Of a stretch of DNA of 64,000 nucleotides, positions 19,030 to 28,412 are shown piece by piece. The notes beneath the pieces were generated by a model that was not told the origin of the DNA, made no database searches, and saw nothing but the letters and a program-made list of their open reading frames with translations. The stretch lies in assembly GCA_021325635.1 (NCBI GenBank), contig JAJPGV010000034.1:60745-124744 (forward strand), written 5' to 3'. The DNA is from Chloroflexota bacterium. Lineage in GTDB: Bacteria > Chloroflexota > JAJPGV01. The position numbers and the translations under genes are program-made. Position 1 is the first letter of the stretch; the number at the start of each line of letters is the position of its first letter.

Positions 19030-21039
19030 TCAGGCCTTCTCCAGCGTCACTGGCACTGCGTCGTTTTCCAGTCGAGCGCCGGACGCGTCCGTGGCGGTGG
19101 CCCGAGAGTTGGGATTCGCACGGTCGTAGAGGCCAACGACCACCCGCGTCACCTGGCCTTCGAGATCCGGCGGCACCGGGATGCTGCGCTCGTCATGGAT
19201 GACGTCGCCGGCCTGCCAGCGCTGGGGCGGAAACATCCCGCCCATAGGGTAGCCGTCGTTCTGGACGAGTGGCTGGGGTCCACTGCCGAGCACGTGCACG
19301 AACACGGTGTAATCACCGGGCGCGGGCGCCGTCGCTCGCCAGGCCAGGCGCACCAGCAGCGCGCCGCCCGACAGCCGTGCGCGGGCGTCCTCGAGCGACA
19401 CCCAGCCACCAAGCTGCGCCACGCTTGCCGTGGCTGGGCCACGATCCACCCGGCCGGCGTACTCCAATCTGACGTGGCCTGGCTCGTAGCGGGCGACGTA
19501 CACGCCTCCACCTTTGCGGAAGGACTGCTCGAGCTCATTCAGGCCGGCACGCGGGCCCTGCATCCCGTAGGCCTCCTCCCAAGGGCGGGCGATATCGTCA
19601 TATGACAGCGAGGTGATGGGCAGTCGCTGGCCGCGCGCCGCCTGGACGGTGAGATCGAGACCGAAGTAGTCCGGCAGCATGGTCACGCCCGAGTGGCCCA
19701 GCAGGAAGTCCTGCTCCTTGGGCCCAATGAAGGCCGGCACGTTGACGTACGTCCGTCCGGCGTCCGGCCCTGGCTGGGTGGCGGTGTCGATGAGTTGGCT
19801 GACGACACTGGCCCCCTGCGCCAGCAGCCGCTCGCGCCGCGCGATGAAGCCGTAGCTCTCGACCAGGATCGCCGCGACGCAGGCCAGCCCAGTCGCGGCA
19901 GCGGCTAGGCGCAGCGCGGCAGCTGGGGTCACTCTGAGCGCGGCCGAAGGAGCAAGCGCAGCCGCCCACAGCAGGGCGATTCCGGCCGAGCTGAGGTACA
20001 GCAGGCGCGGAGCGTCGATGACGTAGTTGGGCCAGGGGAGCAGCAACGTCGCCGGGACGAGCGCCCCCGCGAACCACAGCAGCGCCAGCCCGGACACGAG
20101 CAGGCGCCGCCGCAGCGCGCTCAGCGCCAGCAAGACCAGCATGGTTACGGCCGCAGCCAGCAGCACTGTGCCGGCGTCGTCCCTGAAGCGCGGCAGCGAT
20201 GCCAGGCGCATGGCGTCGGGGTAGGCCAGTCCCTGCAGGAAATAGGTGGCGTTCAGCCGGATGGAGGGGCCGTCCAGCTTGAAGGCCGATGGCCAGCGCG
20301 GCACCGCCAGCCAGACGCCGACGAACGCCACCAGCTCGAGCGCAAACCAGCCGAGCACAGGACTGAGCCGGCCGGGCTGCTTTCGAAGCAGCAGCAGGAT
20401 CTCGATGCCGGTGAGGATCGGCAGCAGGGCAACCGTGCTTTCGTGGGTCAGGAAGGCGAGCCCGGCTGTCCCCAGGGCGCCCAGCAGCGCCTTGCGGCTG
20501 TGGCGCACGCGTGCATCCCAGTACAGCACGGCGCTGGCCAGCACGAACAGCGCGGCCAGGGAGTGGAAGATGGAATCCACGAAGCCGACCACCTGGTAGC
20601 TGAGCGGGAACAGGAGGAAGAGCGCTGCCGCGCACAGGCCGGCGGGCCCATCGAGCGCTCGCCGGCCAAGCTGGTACACCAGCCAACCACAGGCGATGTG
20701 GCTGGCTAGCGATAGCCCGTGCAGCACGAGCGGGTCATTTCGACCCAGGATGACGAAGCACAGCTTCCACAGCAGCAGCGTGACCGGACGGTAGTAGGGC
20801 GAGCCGCCGGCGCTGGTCAGGATCTCCAGCCAGCCGCGATCCGACGCCCGCGGCAAATCCAGCGCCGCGTCGAACATGATGCCGGCGCCGAGCGATCCCG
20901 CGTACGCGGCGATACCGATGCCGATGCAGACCAGCCAGGGAAGCAGCGTGGCCAACGTGCGGCCCAGGCCCGCGCGAGCCTTTGCCTTCGCTGGCAAAGA
21001 ACGTTCGAGGGGCGCCAGCCCGGTCTGCTGGGCGATCAC
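19030..21039 (-). CDS. GT-C fold membrane glycosyltransferase-like protein, paralog 3
   Basis: Multi-TM N-terminal region and C-terminal module with DYTVFVHVLG. ORF-track start 21303 overlaps cobM and is Arg-rich; trimmed to GTG at 21039, 19 nt after the cobM stop. Confidence 0.65.
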   Translation of the reverse strand: MIAQQTGLAPLERSLPAKAKARAGLGRTLATLLPWLVCIGIGIAAYAGSLGAGIMFDAALDLPRASDRGWLEILTSAGGSPYYRPVTLLLWKLCFVILGRNDPLVLHGLSLASHIACGWLVYQLGRRALDGPAGLCAAALFLLFPLSYQVVGFVDSIFHSLAALFVLASAVLYWDARVRHSRKALLGALGTAGLAFLTHESTVALLPILTGIEILLLLRKQPGRLSPVLGWFALELVAFVGVWLAVPRWPSAFKLDGPSIRLNATYFLQGLAYPDAMRLASLPRFRDDAGTVLLAAAVTMLVLLALSALRRRLLVSGLALLWFAGALVPATLLLPWPNYVIDAPRLLYLSSAGIALLWAAALAPSAALRVTPAAALRLAAAATGLACVAAILVESYGFIARRERLLAQGASVVSQLIDTATQPGPDAGRTYVNVPAFIGPKEQDFLLGHSGVTMLPDYFGLDLTVQAARGQRLPITSLSYDDIARPWEEAYGMQGPRAGLNELEQSFRKGGGVYVARYEPGHVRLEYAGRVDRGPATASVAQLGGWVSLEDARARLSGGALLVRLAWRATAPAPGDYTVFVHVLGSGPQPLVQNDGYPMGGMFPPQRWQAGDVIHDERSIPVPPDLEGQVTRVVVGLYDRANPNSRATATDASGARLENDAVPVTLEKA

Positions 21040-21058
21040 TCCGGCAGCGCGCCTGCTC

Positions 21059-21841
21059 TCATCCGCTGGATCGGAAGAGGTGCACGTAGTCCGGTGCGTA
21101 GAGCCGCGATCGCTCGTCCGACCGCTCGCCGAAGGCGGCGCCAACGAGAATGATGGCCTGCCGTGTGAATCGCGCCGCGCGCACCTTGCGCCCGATGTCG
21201 GCCAGCGTGCCGCGCACGATCTTCTCGTCCGGCCAGGAGACTTTGTACACCACCGCGCAGGGCGTCGTCGCCGGATAGCCGGCCGAGACCAGATCGCGTA
21301 CAACCTTGCCCATCATCGCCGCGCTCAGGAAGATGGCCATGCTGGCCTGGTGAGCGGCCAGCGTCCGCAGCTCTTCGAGCGCCGGAACGGCCGAAGCACG
21401 GCCCGAGCGCCGCGTCAGGATAACCGTCTGGCTGACGTTCGGCACGGTCATTTCCACGCCGAGCCGTGCCGCGGCGGCGAAGGCCGATGACACGCCCGGG
21501 ACGATCTCGTAGGGAACGCCTTCGCGCTCCAGGATGGCGATCTGCTCGTTGATGGCGCCATAGATCGATGGGTCGCCACTCTGCAGCCGCACCACGCGCT
21601 TTCCTTCGCGAGCCGCGGACAGCATGAGCTCCAGGGTCTGCTCCAGGGTCAGAGAGGAACTGCCGTGGATGTCCGCGTCCGGCCTGGCGAACTCGCACAC
21701 CCGCGCGTCCACCAGCGAATCGGCGAACACGATCACGTCAGCCTGCTCGATGAGCGCCCTGCCTTTGAGGGTGAGGAGCTGAGGATCGCCCGGTCCTGCC
21801 CCCACGAAGTGGATGGTCGCGGGCGGGCCGGCGGTGGTCAT
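21059..21841 (-). CDS. cobM: Precorrin-4 C11-methyltransferase (CobM/CbiF)
   Basis: 260 aa tetrapyrrole methylase (HFVGAGPGDPQLLT ... SGDPSIYG); start overlaps the cobI stop by 4 nt. Confidence 0.9.
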   Translation of the reverse strand: MTTAGPPATIHFVGAGPGDPQLLTLKGRALIEQADVIVFADSLVDARVCEFARPDADIHGSSSLTLEQTLELMLSAAREGKRVVRLQSGDPSIYGAINEQIAILEREGVPYEIVPGVSSAFAAAARLGVEMTVPNVSQTVILTRRSGRASAVPALEELRTLAAHQASMAIFLSAAMMGKVVRDLVSAGYPATTPCAVVYKVSWPDEKIVRGTLADIGRKVRAARFTRQAIILVGAAFGERSDERSRLYAPDYVHLFRSSG

Positions 21842-22527
21842 CGGCGTGTGACGATCATCTGGCCGAAGTAGTCGAGCGTCTGCTTACGCAGGGTGGTTAC
21901 GTCATGCACGATGCGCTGCTGCGGCCAACCTACCCGCTCGACGTAGATGGCGTCGTCGGTTCGACCGGTGGTGTTGAGCGCTTTGAGGACCGCTTCCAGC
22001 GCCATGCTCACCTTCAGGATCACGATCGTGTCGAAGGTGGCCAAGGCGTGCAGCACCTCACCCGTGGCCGGAACGATGGCTGCGCGGTCGTTGCCTTCCA
22101 CCAGAGGGACGTGCGCCGCTGCCGCTCCGGCGGTGACGGACGACACCCCGGGGACGATCTCGACTTCCACGTCCGGATAGCTCTGGGCGAGCAGCGGGTA
22201 GACGTGCACGAAGGTGCTGTACAGCATGGGGTCGCCCTCGGTGACGAAGGCCACCGTTTGGCCGCCGCGGGCCGTCTCGGCCAGTGTCTGGGCGTGCTGT
22301 CGCCAGCGCTCCAGGTTCTCTTCGCGCGACTTGGACATACGAAAGGGCATGTCTCGCACCTCGGCGCCGCTGCCGAGGTCGGCCAGGATCTTTCGAGCCA
22401 GGCTCTCGTGGTCGTCCCGGTTGGGCACAAAGATGACCTGCACTTCGCGCAGCAGCCGCCGGGCTTTGACGGTCAGCAGCTCGGGATCGCCAGGGCCCAA
22501 CCCGATGGCGTAGATGGTGCTCCTCAT
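21838..22527 (-). CDS. cobI: Precorrin-2 C20-methyltransferase (CobI/CbiL)
   Basis: 229 aa tetrapyrrole methylase (YAIGLGPGDPELLT); 4-nt overlap with the cobL stop. Confidence 0.9.
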   Translation of the reverse strand: MRSTIYAIGLGPGDPELLTVKARRLLREVQVIFVPNRDDHESLARKILADLGSGAEVRDMPFRMSKSREENLERWRQHAQTLAETARGGQTVAFVTEGDPMLYSTFVHVYPLLAQSYPDVEVEIVPGVSSVTAGAAAAHVPLVEGNDRAAIVPATGEVLHALATFDTIVILKVSMALEAVLKALNTTGRTDDAIYVERVGWPQQRIVHDVTTLRKQTLDYFGQMIVTRR

Positions 22528-23741
22528 CGATTCATTGCTGAGTCTACGGCAGCCGGGACCACCGCGATCCAGACCGGATTCAGGGCGCTGAGGCGCCGCC
22601 CGCCGTCCATGGCCTTGGCCCTGGCCACGTTGAGCTGCACGACCTCCGCGGTGGGATGGCGGTCGAGCAGCAGGCCGAGGTGCTCCAGCAGCGCCAGGTT
22701 GGCCACGAGCGGCGGGTCGATTGCATCCAGCAGCTCGGCCAGGCGTCCCCCGCTGCCGCCAAGGAACACCGAGCTCGGGGCCGGCAGGCCGGCGAGCGCC
22801 TCAGGCGCTTGTCCGGCGACGATGGTGACGTTGCCGGCTCCGTGGCGCTTGCAGTTGCGCTCGATGCAGGCCAGCTGCTCCGGGTCGCGCTCGATGGCGA
22901 AGACGTGCCCCCGCGGCATCAGCCGCGCCGCTTCGACCGCCAACGCTCCCGAGCCGGCCCCGACGTCCCACAACACGCCGTCGGGAGCCAGCCGCAGCTT
23001 CGACAGCGTGACTGCCCGCACCTCGGCCTTGGTGATCTGCCCGCGAACGCTCTCAAACCGATCGTCCGGCAGGCCGAAGGTCAGCCTCGCCGCGGTCTGG
23101 TCGCGCAGCAGCAGCAGCACGTTGAGCGGATCGAAGCGCTCCTCAGGCAGCTGCCACAGGCTGGACTCGACCACTCGCTGCCGCGTGCCCCCCAGGCGCT
23201 CGCATACAACCGCGCGGCAGTCTTCCATGCCGGCGTCTCGCAGTCGCGCGGCAATGACGCCCGGCGTGGACTGCGAGTCGGTCAGGATGGCTACAGTTCT
23301 GCCGCTGAGCGCCGCCGGCAGCAGCTCCTCGATGGGGCGCCCGTGGGCGGATAGGACGACCGCCTCATGCCAGGGCTCACCGATGGCCGCGAAAGCCAGC
23401 TGCACGCTGCTGGGACCGGGCAGGACGCGCACCTGGCCTGTCCCGAGCGCCGAGACCAGCGTATGGCCGATGCCGAACAGCAGCGGATCGCCGGATGCCA
23501 GGACGACTACCCGCTCGCCCTTGTCCATGGCGTCGCGAATGGCGGCGACGGACTCGCCTGCAGCGGCGCCGATCTCGATGCGCCGAGCTTTGTGATCGGC
23601 GAAGAAGCCCAGCTGGCGGCGTCCGCCGGCCAGCACAGTGGCTTCTCGGATCAGCGCCAGGGTGGCTGGGCTCAGGCTGCCCGCGCCACCGTCGGACAGG
23701 CCGACTACGATCACCGGGACGGTGCCGCCTGCGTCAGCCAC
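22524..23741 (-). CDS. cobL: Precorrin-6Y C5,15-methyltransferase, decarboxylating (CobL; CbiE/CbiT fusion)
   Basis: 405 aa; N-terminal tetrapyrrole-methylase half and C-terminal SAM-MTase half with VLWDVGAGSG motif. Confidence 0.9.
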   Translation of the reverse strand: MADAGGTVPVIVVGLSDGGAGSLSPATLALIREATVLAGGRRQLGFFADHKARRIEIGAAAGESVAAIRDAMDKGERVVVLASGDPLLFGIGHTLVSALGTGQVRVLPGPSSVQLAFAAIGEPWHEAVVLSAHGRPIEELLPAALSGRTVAILTDSQSTPGVIAARLRDAGMEDCRAVVCERLGGTRQRVVESSLWQLPEERFDPLNVLLLLRDQTAARLTFGLPDDRFESVRGQITKAEVRAVTLSKLRLAPDGVLWDVGAGSGALAVEAARLMPRGHVFAIERDPEQLACIERNCKRHGAGNVTIVAGQAPEALAGLPAPSSVFLGGSGGRLAELLDAIDPPLVANLALLEHLGLLLDRHPTAEVVQLNVARAKAMDGGRRLSALNPVWIAVVPAAVDSAMNR

Positions 23742-24825
23742 GCCCCAGAACCTGGCCGTCGAAGTCGAACATGACCGTCTCCACCTGCACCCTGCCCTGC
23801 ACCAGATCTTCGGATGTCCGCGACACGCGGCGGCAGATGACTTCGAATAGACCTCGTAATCCGGCAGGCTGAACCAGGTCCTGCACGTGGCGGGCGGTGT
23901 TGGCGTGCCGGATCCGATCGGCCAGTGCCGGTCCGGCGCCGGCTTCGATGGCCAGCTCCGCCAGGAAGTCGGGGTCGACCTTGTTGCCTGCGACGTGGGT
24001 CATGAAATGGCCCTGGGCAATCTTGGATAGCTTGCCGATCATGCCCGCCAGGGTGGCGCGCCGGATCCTGCGCAGGGCGCAGCGCTTGAGCGCGTGGCCG
24101 GTGAACTCGCCCATCTCCACGAACGCGATCTCGGGCAGGTGCGGGAACAGCGCCTGACTGAACTTCTCGCTGCGGCCGCCGGTGCTCAGCACCAGCTCCA
24201 GCTGTCCGTTGGCCGCGGCCACGTCTACGGCCTGCTCGACGCTGGCCCGCCACGAAGCCGTGGAATAGGGCCGGACGATGCCGGTGGTCCCGAGGATGGA
24301 GATGCCGCCGAGGATGCCGAGCCGGCCGTTCAAGGTCTTGCGGGCCATCTGCTCCCCGCCGGGCACGGAAATTTCGACCTTCACCGGGCGGTCGGTGACC
24401 GCCGCCACCGCGTCCCCGATCATTCGCCGCGGCACCGGATTGATGGCCGGTCCGCCGACTTCCAAGCCCAGCCCTTCACGGGTCACCACGCCCACGCCTT
24501 CGCCGCCGGCCAGCTCGTACTGCTCGGCCCAGGATACGCGGGCGCGGATCTCGGCGCCGTGCGTGCAGTCCGGGTCGTCGCCGGCGTCCTTGATCACCGA
24601 GCACATGACCTGGCCTTCGCCCATCTCGCAGCGGTGGATGGTAAAGGTGACGTCCATGCCGGCTCGGAGGTGAATGGTCACCTCGGGCACCTCATGGCCC
24701 GAGACGAGCGCCTGGGTGGCTGCCCTGGTCGCGGCTGCCGCGCAGGCGCCGGTGGTGTAGCCGGTGCGCAGACCGCGACGGCGGGGCGCCGGTGGCAGGC
24801 CGTCCGAGGTATCGTCTTCGATCAC
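23734..24825 (-). CDS. cbiD: Cobalt-precorrin-5B C1-methyltransferase (CbiD)
   Basis: CbiD N-terminal signature LRTGYTTGACAAAA and full-length similarity. Start trimmed to GTG 24825, overlapping the cobH stop (GTGA); the ORF-track start 25365 is an Arg-rich shadow. Confidence 0.85.
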   Translation of the reverse strand: MIEDDTSDGLPPAPRRRGLRTGYTTGACAAAATRAATQALVSGHEVPEVTIHLRAGMDVTFTIHRCEMGEGQVMCSVIKDAGDDPDCTHGAEIRARVSWAEQYELAGGEGVGVVTREGLGLEVGGPAINPVPRRMIGDAVAAVTDRPVKVEISVPGGEQMARKTLNGRLGILGGISILGTTGIVRPYSTASWRASVEQAVDVAAANGQLELVLSTGGRSEKFSQALFPHLPEIAFVEMGEFTGHALKRCALRRIRRATLAGMIGKLSKIAQGHFMTHVAGNKVDPDFLAELAIEAGAGPALADRIRHANTARHVQDLVQPAGLRGLFEVICRRVSRTSEDLVQGRVQVETVMFDFDGQVLGRG

Positions 24826-25448
24826 GTTTGGCCGGGCTGCGAGCCGGCCAACAGCAGCAGCGCGTTCATCGCTGCCGCTGCAACCGGTGATCCCCCGCGG
24901 CTGCCCTCCACGGTTATGAAGGGCGTCGCGCGCTTCATCAGCTCCTGCTTCGACTCCGCCGCCGCGACGAAGCCCACGGGTACGCCGATGATCAGCGCCG
25001 GCTGGCAGATGCCGGCATCCACCATGTCCAGCAGCGCCAGCAGCGCCGTGGGGGCGTTGCCGATGACGGCCAAACCGCCTTCCAGGTCGCTGGCCAGCTG
25101 GCGCATGCCCGCGGCGGCTCGGGTAATGCCGGCCGCCGTCGCGTCGGTGGAAAAGTCCGTAGACACCGCCACACGCACGGGGTTCGCGCACGCTCGCAGC
25201 CCGGTCGCCACCATGCGTACGTCGCACACGATCGGCGCCCCGGCGCGGATGGCTTCCAGGCCCGCGTCGACCGCATCGGGATGAACGTGGGCCAAGCCAG
25301 CCAGCGCCAGGTCGCCGGCGGCGTAGACCATGCGCTTGACCACGTCTCGCGCTTCCGAGGTCCATCCGCTGCAGGCAGGAATGGCGCCCTCGACCAGCTG
25401 CAGGCTGCGCGCTTCGATCTCCACCGGCGGTAGGCCGTAGCGGTCCAT
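24822..25448 (-). CDS. cobH: Precorrin-8X methylmutase (CobH/CbiC)
   Basis: 208 aa (MDRYGLPPVEIEARSLQLVEG ...). ATG at 25448 overlaps the cbiX stop (TGATG). Confidence 0.85.
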   Translation of the reverse strand: MDRYGLPPVEIEARSLQLVEGAIPACSGWTSEARDVVKRMVYAAGDLALAGLAHVHPDAVDAGLEAIRAGAPIVCDVRMVATGLRACANPVRVAVSTDFSTDATAAGITRAAAGMRQLASDLEGGLAVIGNAPTALLALLDMVDAGICQPALIIGVPVGFVAAAESKQELMKRATPFITVEGSRGGSPVAAAAMNALLLLAGSQPGQT

Positions 25449-26254
25449 CAGACTGCGGTCAGACACATGGCTCCCCAGGCGCAGTTGACGCCGGGCATAC
25501 GGCAGCCCATGCCGGCGCGACAGGGGCATAGCCCGGCCCGCGCTTCTTCGATGCGCTGCAGGAACAGGTCGAAGATCAGCGGATGCAGGCCCATGTGGCT
25601 GGCCACCTGCACCTCCGCGCGCGCGTCCACCGCCTGAACGCTGATGCGCTTGGCCAGCACCCCCGTGTTCAAGAAGTAGGGCACGACCAGCACGCGGCGG
25701 GCGCCCAGCCGAAAACAGCGGTCGATGCCTTGGGGCACGCCGGGCGGCGCGACGCTCACGAAGCACGATTCCACCCAGCCATAGCGGTTGCGATCCCAGA
25801 GCATGCGCGCGGTCTTGTGCAGGTCGGCGTTGGCTTCCGAGCTGAGGCTGCCGCGACCGACCAGCAGCACCGCCGTATCCGGACCGGGTTCGAATGGCGC
25901 CAGACGGTCCTCGATCACGCGCAGCAGCCGCTCGTCCACGCCCAACGGCCCGGCCAGCGTGACGCGAAGCTCCGGATGCCGCGCTCGAGCCAGCTCCAGC
26001 TGCTCCGGCATGTCGTCCCGCGTATGACCGGCAAAAAAGAGCAGCGCAGGCAGCCCCACAATGTCCGTGACACCGCGCGCCGCGGCCCGGTCGAACGCGG
26101 TCTGCACGTCCGGCAGCGTCTCGCCCGGATACTCGAGCACGCCAGCTTCCACATGCTCGCCGGTGCGCCGGCGAAGACCCTCGACGTAGCCCAGGAATTC
26201 GGCCGTTCCCTCGGGATCCTTGGTGCCGTGGCCCAAGACCACGATCCCCTGCAT
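25448..26254 (-). CDS. cbiX: Sirohydrochlorin cobaltochelatase, long form (CbiX-like) with Cys-rich C-terminal tail
   Basis: Two CbiX-type halves (MQGIVVLGHGTKDPEG ... VLLVGRGS) and a C-terminal Cys cluster (CPCRAGMGCRMPGVNCAWGAMC). Start trimmed to ATG 26254. Confidence 0.8.
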   Translation of the reverse strand: MQGIVVLGHGTKDPEGTAEFLGYVEGLRRRTGEHVEAGVLEYPGETLPDVQTAFDRAAARGVTDIVGLPALLFFAGHTRDDMPEQLELARARHPELRVTLAGPLGVDERLLRVIEDRLAPFEPGPDTAVLLVGRGSLSSEANADLHKTARMLWDRNRYGWVESCFVSVAPPGVPQGIDRCFRLGARRVLVVPYFLNTGVLAKRISVQAVDARAEVQVASHMGLHPLIFDLFLQRIEEARAGLCPCRAGMGCRMPGVNCAWGAMCLTAV

Positions 26255-26288
26255 GGCGGCCGTCAGCGCGCCCTCGGAGCCGTCGGCC

Positions 26289-28406
26289 TCAATTGCCCCG
26301 ACCCAGCGCGCCGCGCACGACGCCGGCCACACGGCTCGCGTCCAGCTCTTCGAGTCGCAGGTACTGCCCGCCCATGTCGGCCGCCAGCGTCCGCGCCAGC
26401 CCGAGCCGCAGGCCCGGGCCACCTTCGGTATCGATGACCACCGACTGGATGCGCTTGTGCGCGAATTGCGCGCCCAGCAGGCGCGACTCAGCCACGGGGT
26501 CACCGCCCAGCAGCGAGACGTTGGGCCGTCCGTCCGAGATCAGCACGAACAGCGGTACGGCGTCACGATGCAGCGTCTTGTGGCGGTCGATCGTCACCAG
26601 CCCAAGCTGCAGGGCGTGGCTTAGGGGGGTACGGCCGCCGGTAGGCAGCTCGCGCAGCTGGCGCTCGGCCAGATCGACGCTGTTAGTCGGCGGCAGCAGC
26701 ACCTCGCCGAACCGACCACGGAAGGCGATCATACCCACCTCGTCGCGCTTCTGGTAGGCATCGAGCAGCAGCGACATGACCGCGCCCTTGGCCGCCGCCA
26801 TGCGGTCCATGGCTGCCATCGAGCCGCTGGCGTCCACGGCGAACAGGATCAGGTTGGCAAGCTTCGTCTCGCGGACCTTGACCCGAACGTCCTGGGCCAT
26901 TACGGCGACCTTTCTTGCGGCCGCCTTCCTGTCCCGCTGTCCCGGCGCGGACGAGGCAGGGTCCGTTCGCTGCTGAGCCCGCCGCAGGGCTGACGCCCGC
27001 AGGGTAGCGTCGAGCGCGAGGTCTTGCACCTCGCCGTCCGGCTCTCGGCTGCCGACGTAGTGCCCCTGCCGGCCCGAGAGGCGCAGCTTGGTCCTGCGGC
27101 CGGCGTGTGGCTGCGTGACGCGCTCGGCCTTGGAGGCTCCCAGTGGTCGCGGCTGCAGCCGCTGTCCGATGTCGAACACCCGGTCTTCGGTGTCCCCTCC
27201 AGCCGGGCCATCGCCACCGCCGAGGCCCTCGTCGCCATCCGGGCGGTCGAGGTGCTGACGGATCGTTTGGTCGAGCTGCTCGCGGTCCGCTTCGGGGGAC
27301 TGGAAGGGCTGACGCCGGCGGCGATGAGGCAGGGCCAGCTCGGCGGCCTGGCGCACGTCGTCGTCGTTGACCTCGACGCGTCCGTTGTAGGCGGCAATGG
27401 TGATGGCCGTCTTGTACATGACGATGTCGGCGCGCAGCCCGTCGACCTGGAAGCTCGAGCAGATGTGGGTGATGAGATCGAGCATGCGTTCGTCGAGCTG
27501 CACCTTCCCCAGCAGCCGTTGGGCGTGGGCGATGCGTCGCCGCTCGGCCCTCTCGGCAGGCTGCCAGGTATGCGCAAAGCGCGCCGGGCTGCGCTCGAAG
27601 GCAATGCGGCGCCGCACTACCTGCGCGCGGTCGGCGGGCGGCAGGTCTCCCGCGACGTCCACCGAAAGCGCGAAGCGGTCCAGCAGCTGCGGGCGCAGGT
27701 CGCCTTCCTCGGGGTTCATGGTGCCGACCAGCAGGAACTGCGCCGGGTGCTGGAAGGAGATGCCCTCGCGCTGCACGTAGTTGCGGCCCATGGCCGCGGC
27801 GTCAAGCAGCACGTCGACCAGGTGGTCGTTCAGCAGGTTGACCTCGTCGATGTACAGGATGCCGTGATTGGCGGCCGCCAGCAGTCCCGGCTTGAAGCGC
27901 ACGCTGCCCTTGGCCAGCGCACGGCCAACGTCCAGACTGCCGACTACACGATCGTCGGTCGCGCCGACAGGCATCTCCACGATCTCGACTGCGCGGCGCG
28001 TGGACGGGAGCGACAGCGCCGGCTTGGGGGCCCTCACGGGGGTGAGGGGCATGGGCTCCAGGGGTGGATCGGTCTCAACAGGGGGTGGCGCCGCGCGTTC
28101 GTGCTGCTTGGACACCTTCTTGGCTCGCCGGTCGGCCTCCTGGCGGTGCTCGGCCTGCAGCGGGCAGGACTCGCCCGGATGGCAGTTGTACGGGCAGCCG
28201 GGCGTGACCTCGATCTCCGGCAGGAGGTTGGCCAGGGCACGAACCGCGGTCGACTTGGCCGTGCCCTTCTCGCCGCGGATCAGCACGCCGCCGATCTTGG
28301 GGTTGATGGCGTTCAGGATCAGCCCGAGCTTCATCTGCTCCTGGCCTACCAGGGCGGTGAAGGGAAAGACGCAGCCCGCGCCGGAACTCCCTGCGCGGTC
28401 ACTCAC
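26289..28406 (-). CDS. Chelatase ATPase, fused ChlI-like AAA+ and ChlD-like vWA domains (CobN partner)
   Basis: 705 aa. N-terminal AAA+ with Walker A (GEKGTAKST) and Mg-chelatase subunit I-like sequence; acidic/Pro-rich linker; C-terminal vWA domain with MIDAS motif (VDASGSM). Confidence 0.85.
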   Translation of the reverse strand: MSDRAGSSGAGCVFPFTALVGQEQMKLGLILNAINPKIGGVLIRGEKGTAKSTAVRALANLLPEIEVTPGCPYNCHPGESCPLQAEHRQEADRRAKKVSKQHERAAPPPVETDPPLEPMPLTPVRAPKPALSLPSTRRAVEIVEMPVGATDDRVVGSLDVGRALAKGSVRFKPGLLAAANHGILYIDEVNLLNDHLVDVLLDAAAMGRNYVQREGISFQHPAQFLLVGTMNPEEGDLRPQLLDRFALSVDVAGDLPPADRAQVVRRRIAFERSPARFAHTWQPAERAERRRIAHAQRLLGKVQLDERMLDLITHICSSFQVDGLRADIVMYKTAITIAAYNGRVEVNDDDVRQAAELALPHRRRRQPFQSPEADREQLDQTIRQHLDRPDGDEGLGGGDGPAGGDTEDRVFDIGQRLQPRPLGASKAERVTQPHAGRRTKLRLSGRQGHYVGSREPDGEVQDLALDATLRASALRRAQQRTDPASSAPGQRDRKAAARKVAVMAQDVRVKVRETKLANLILFAVDASGSMAAMDRMAAAKGAVMSLLLDAYQKRDEVGMIAFRGRFGEVLLPPTNSVDLAERQLRELPTGGRTPLSHALQLGLVTIDRHKTLHRDAVPLFVLISDGRPNVSLLGGDPVAESRLLGAQFAHKRIQSVVIDTEGGPGLRLGLARTLAADMGGQYLRLEELDASRVAGVVRGALGRGN

Positions 28407-28412
28407 AGCTCG

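Noticed and set aside
21904-23595. 563-aa plus-strand ORF
   Set aside because: Antisense to cobI and cobL; compositionally biased and without motifs.
24825-25365. Upstream extension of the cbiD ORF-track call (similar extensions on cobH to 25766, cbiX to 26503, GT-C paralog 3 to 21303, binding protein to 16608, hydrolase to 44893)
   Set aside because: Extensions are Arg-rich, overlap the well-supported upstream gene, and start codons at stop-start overlaps (GTGA, TGATG) give proteins of the expected length.
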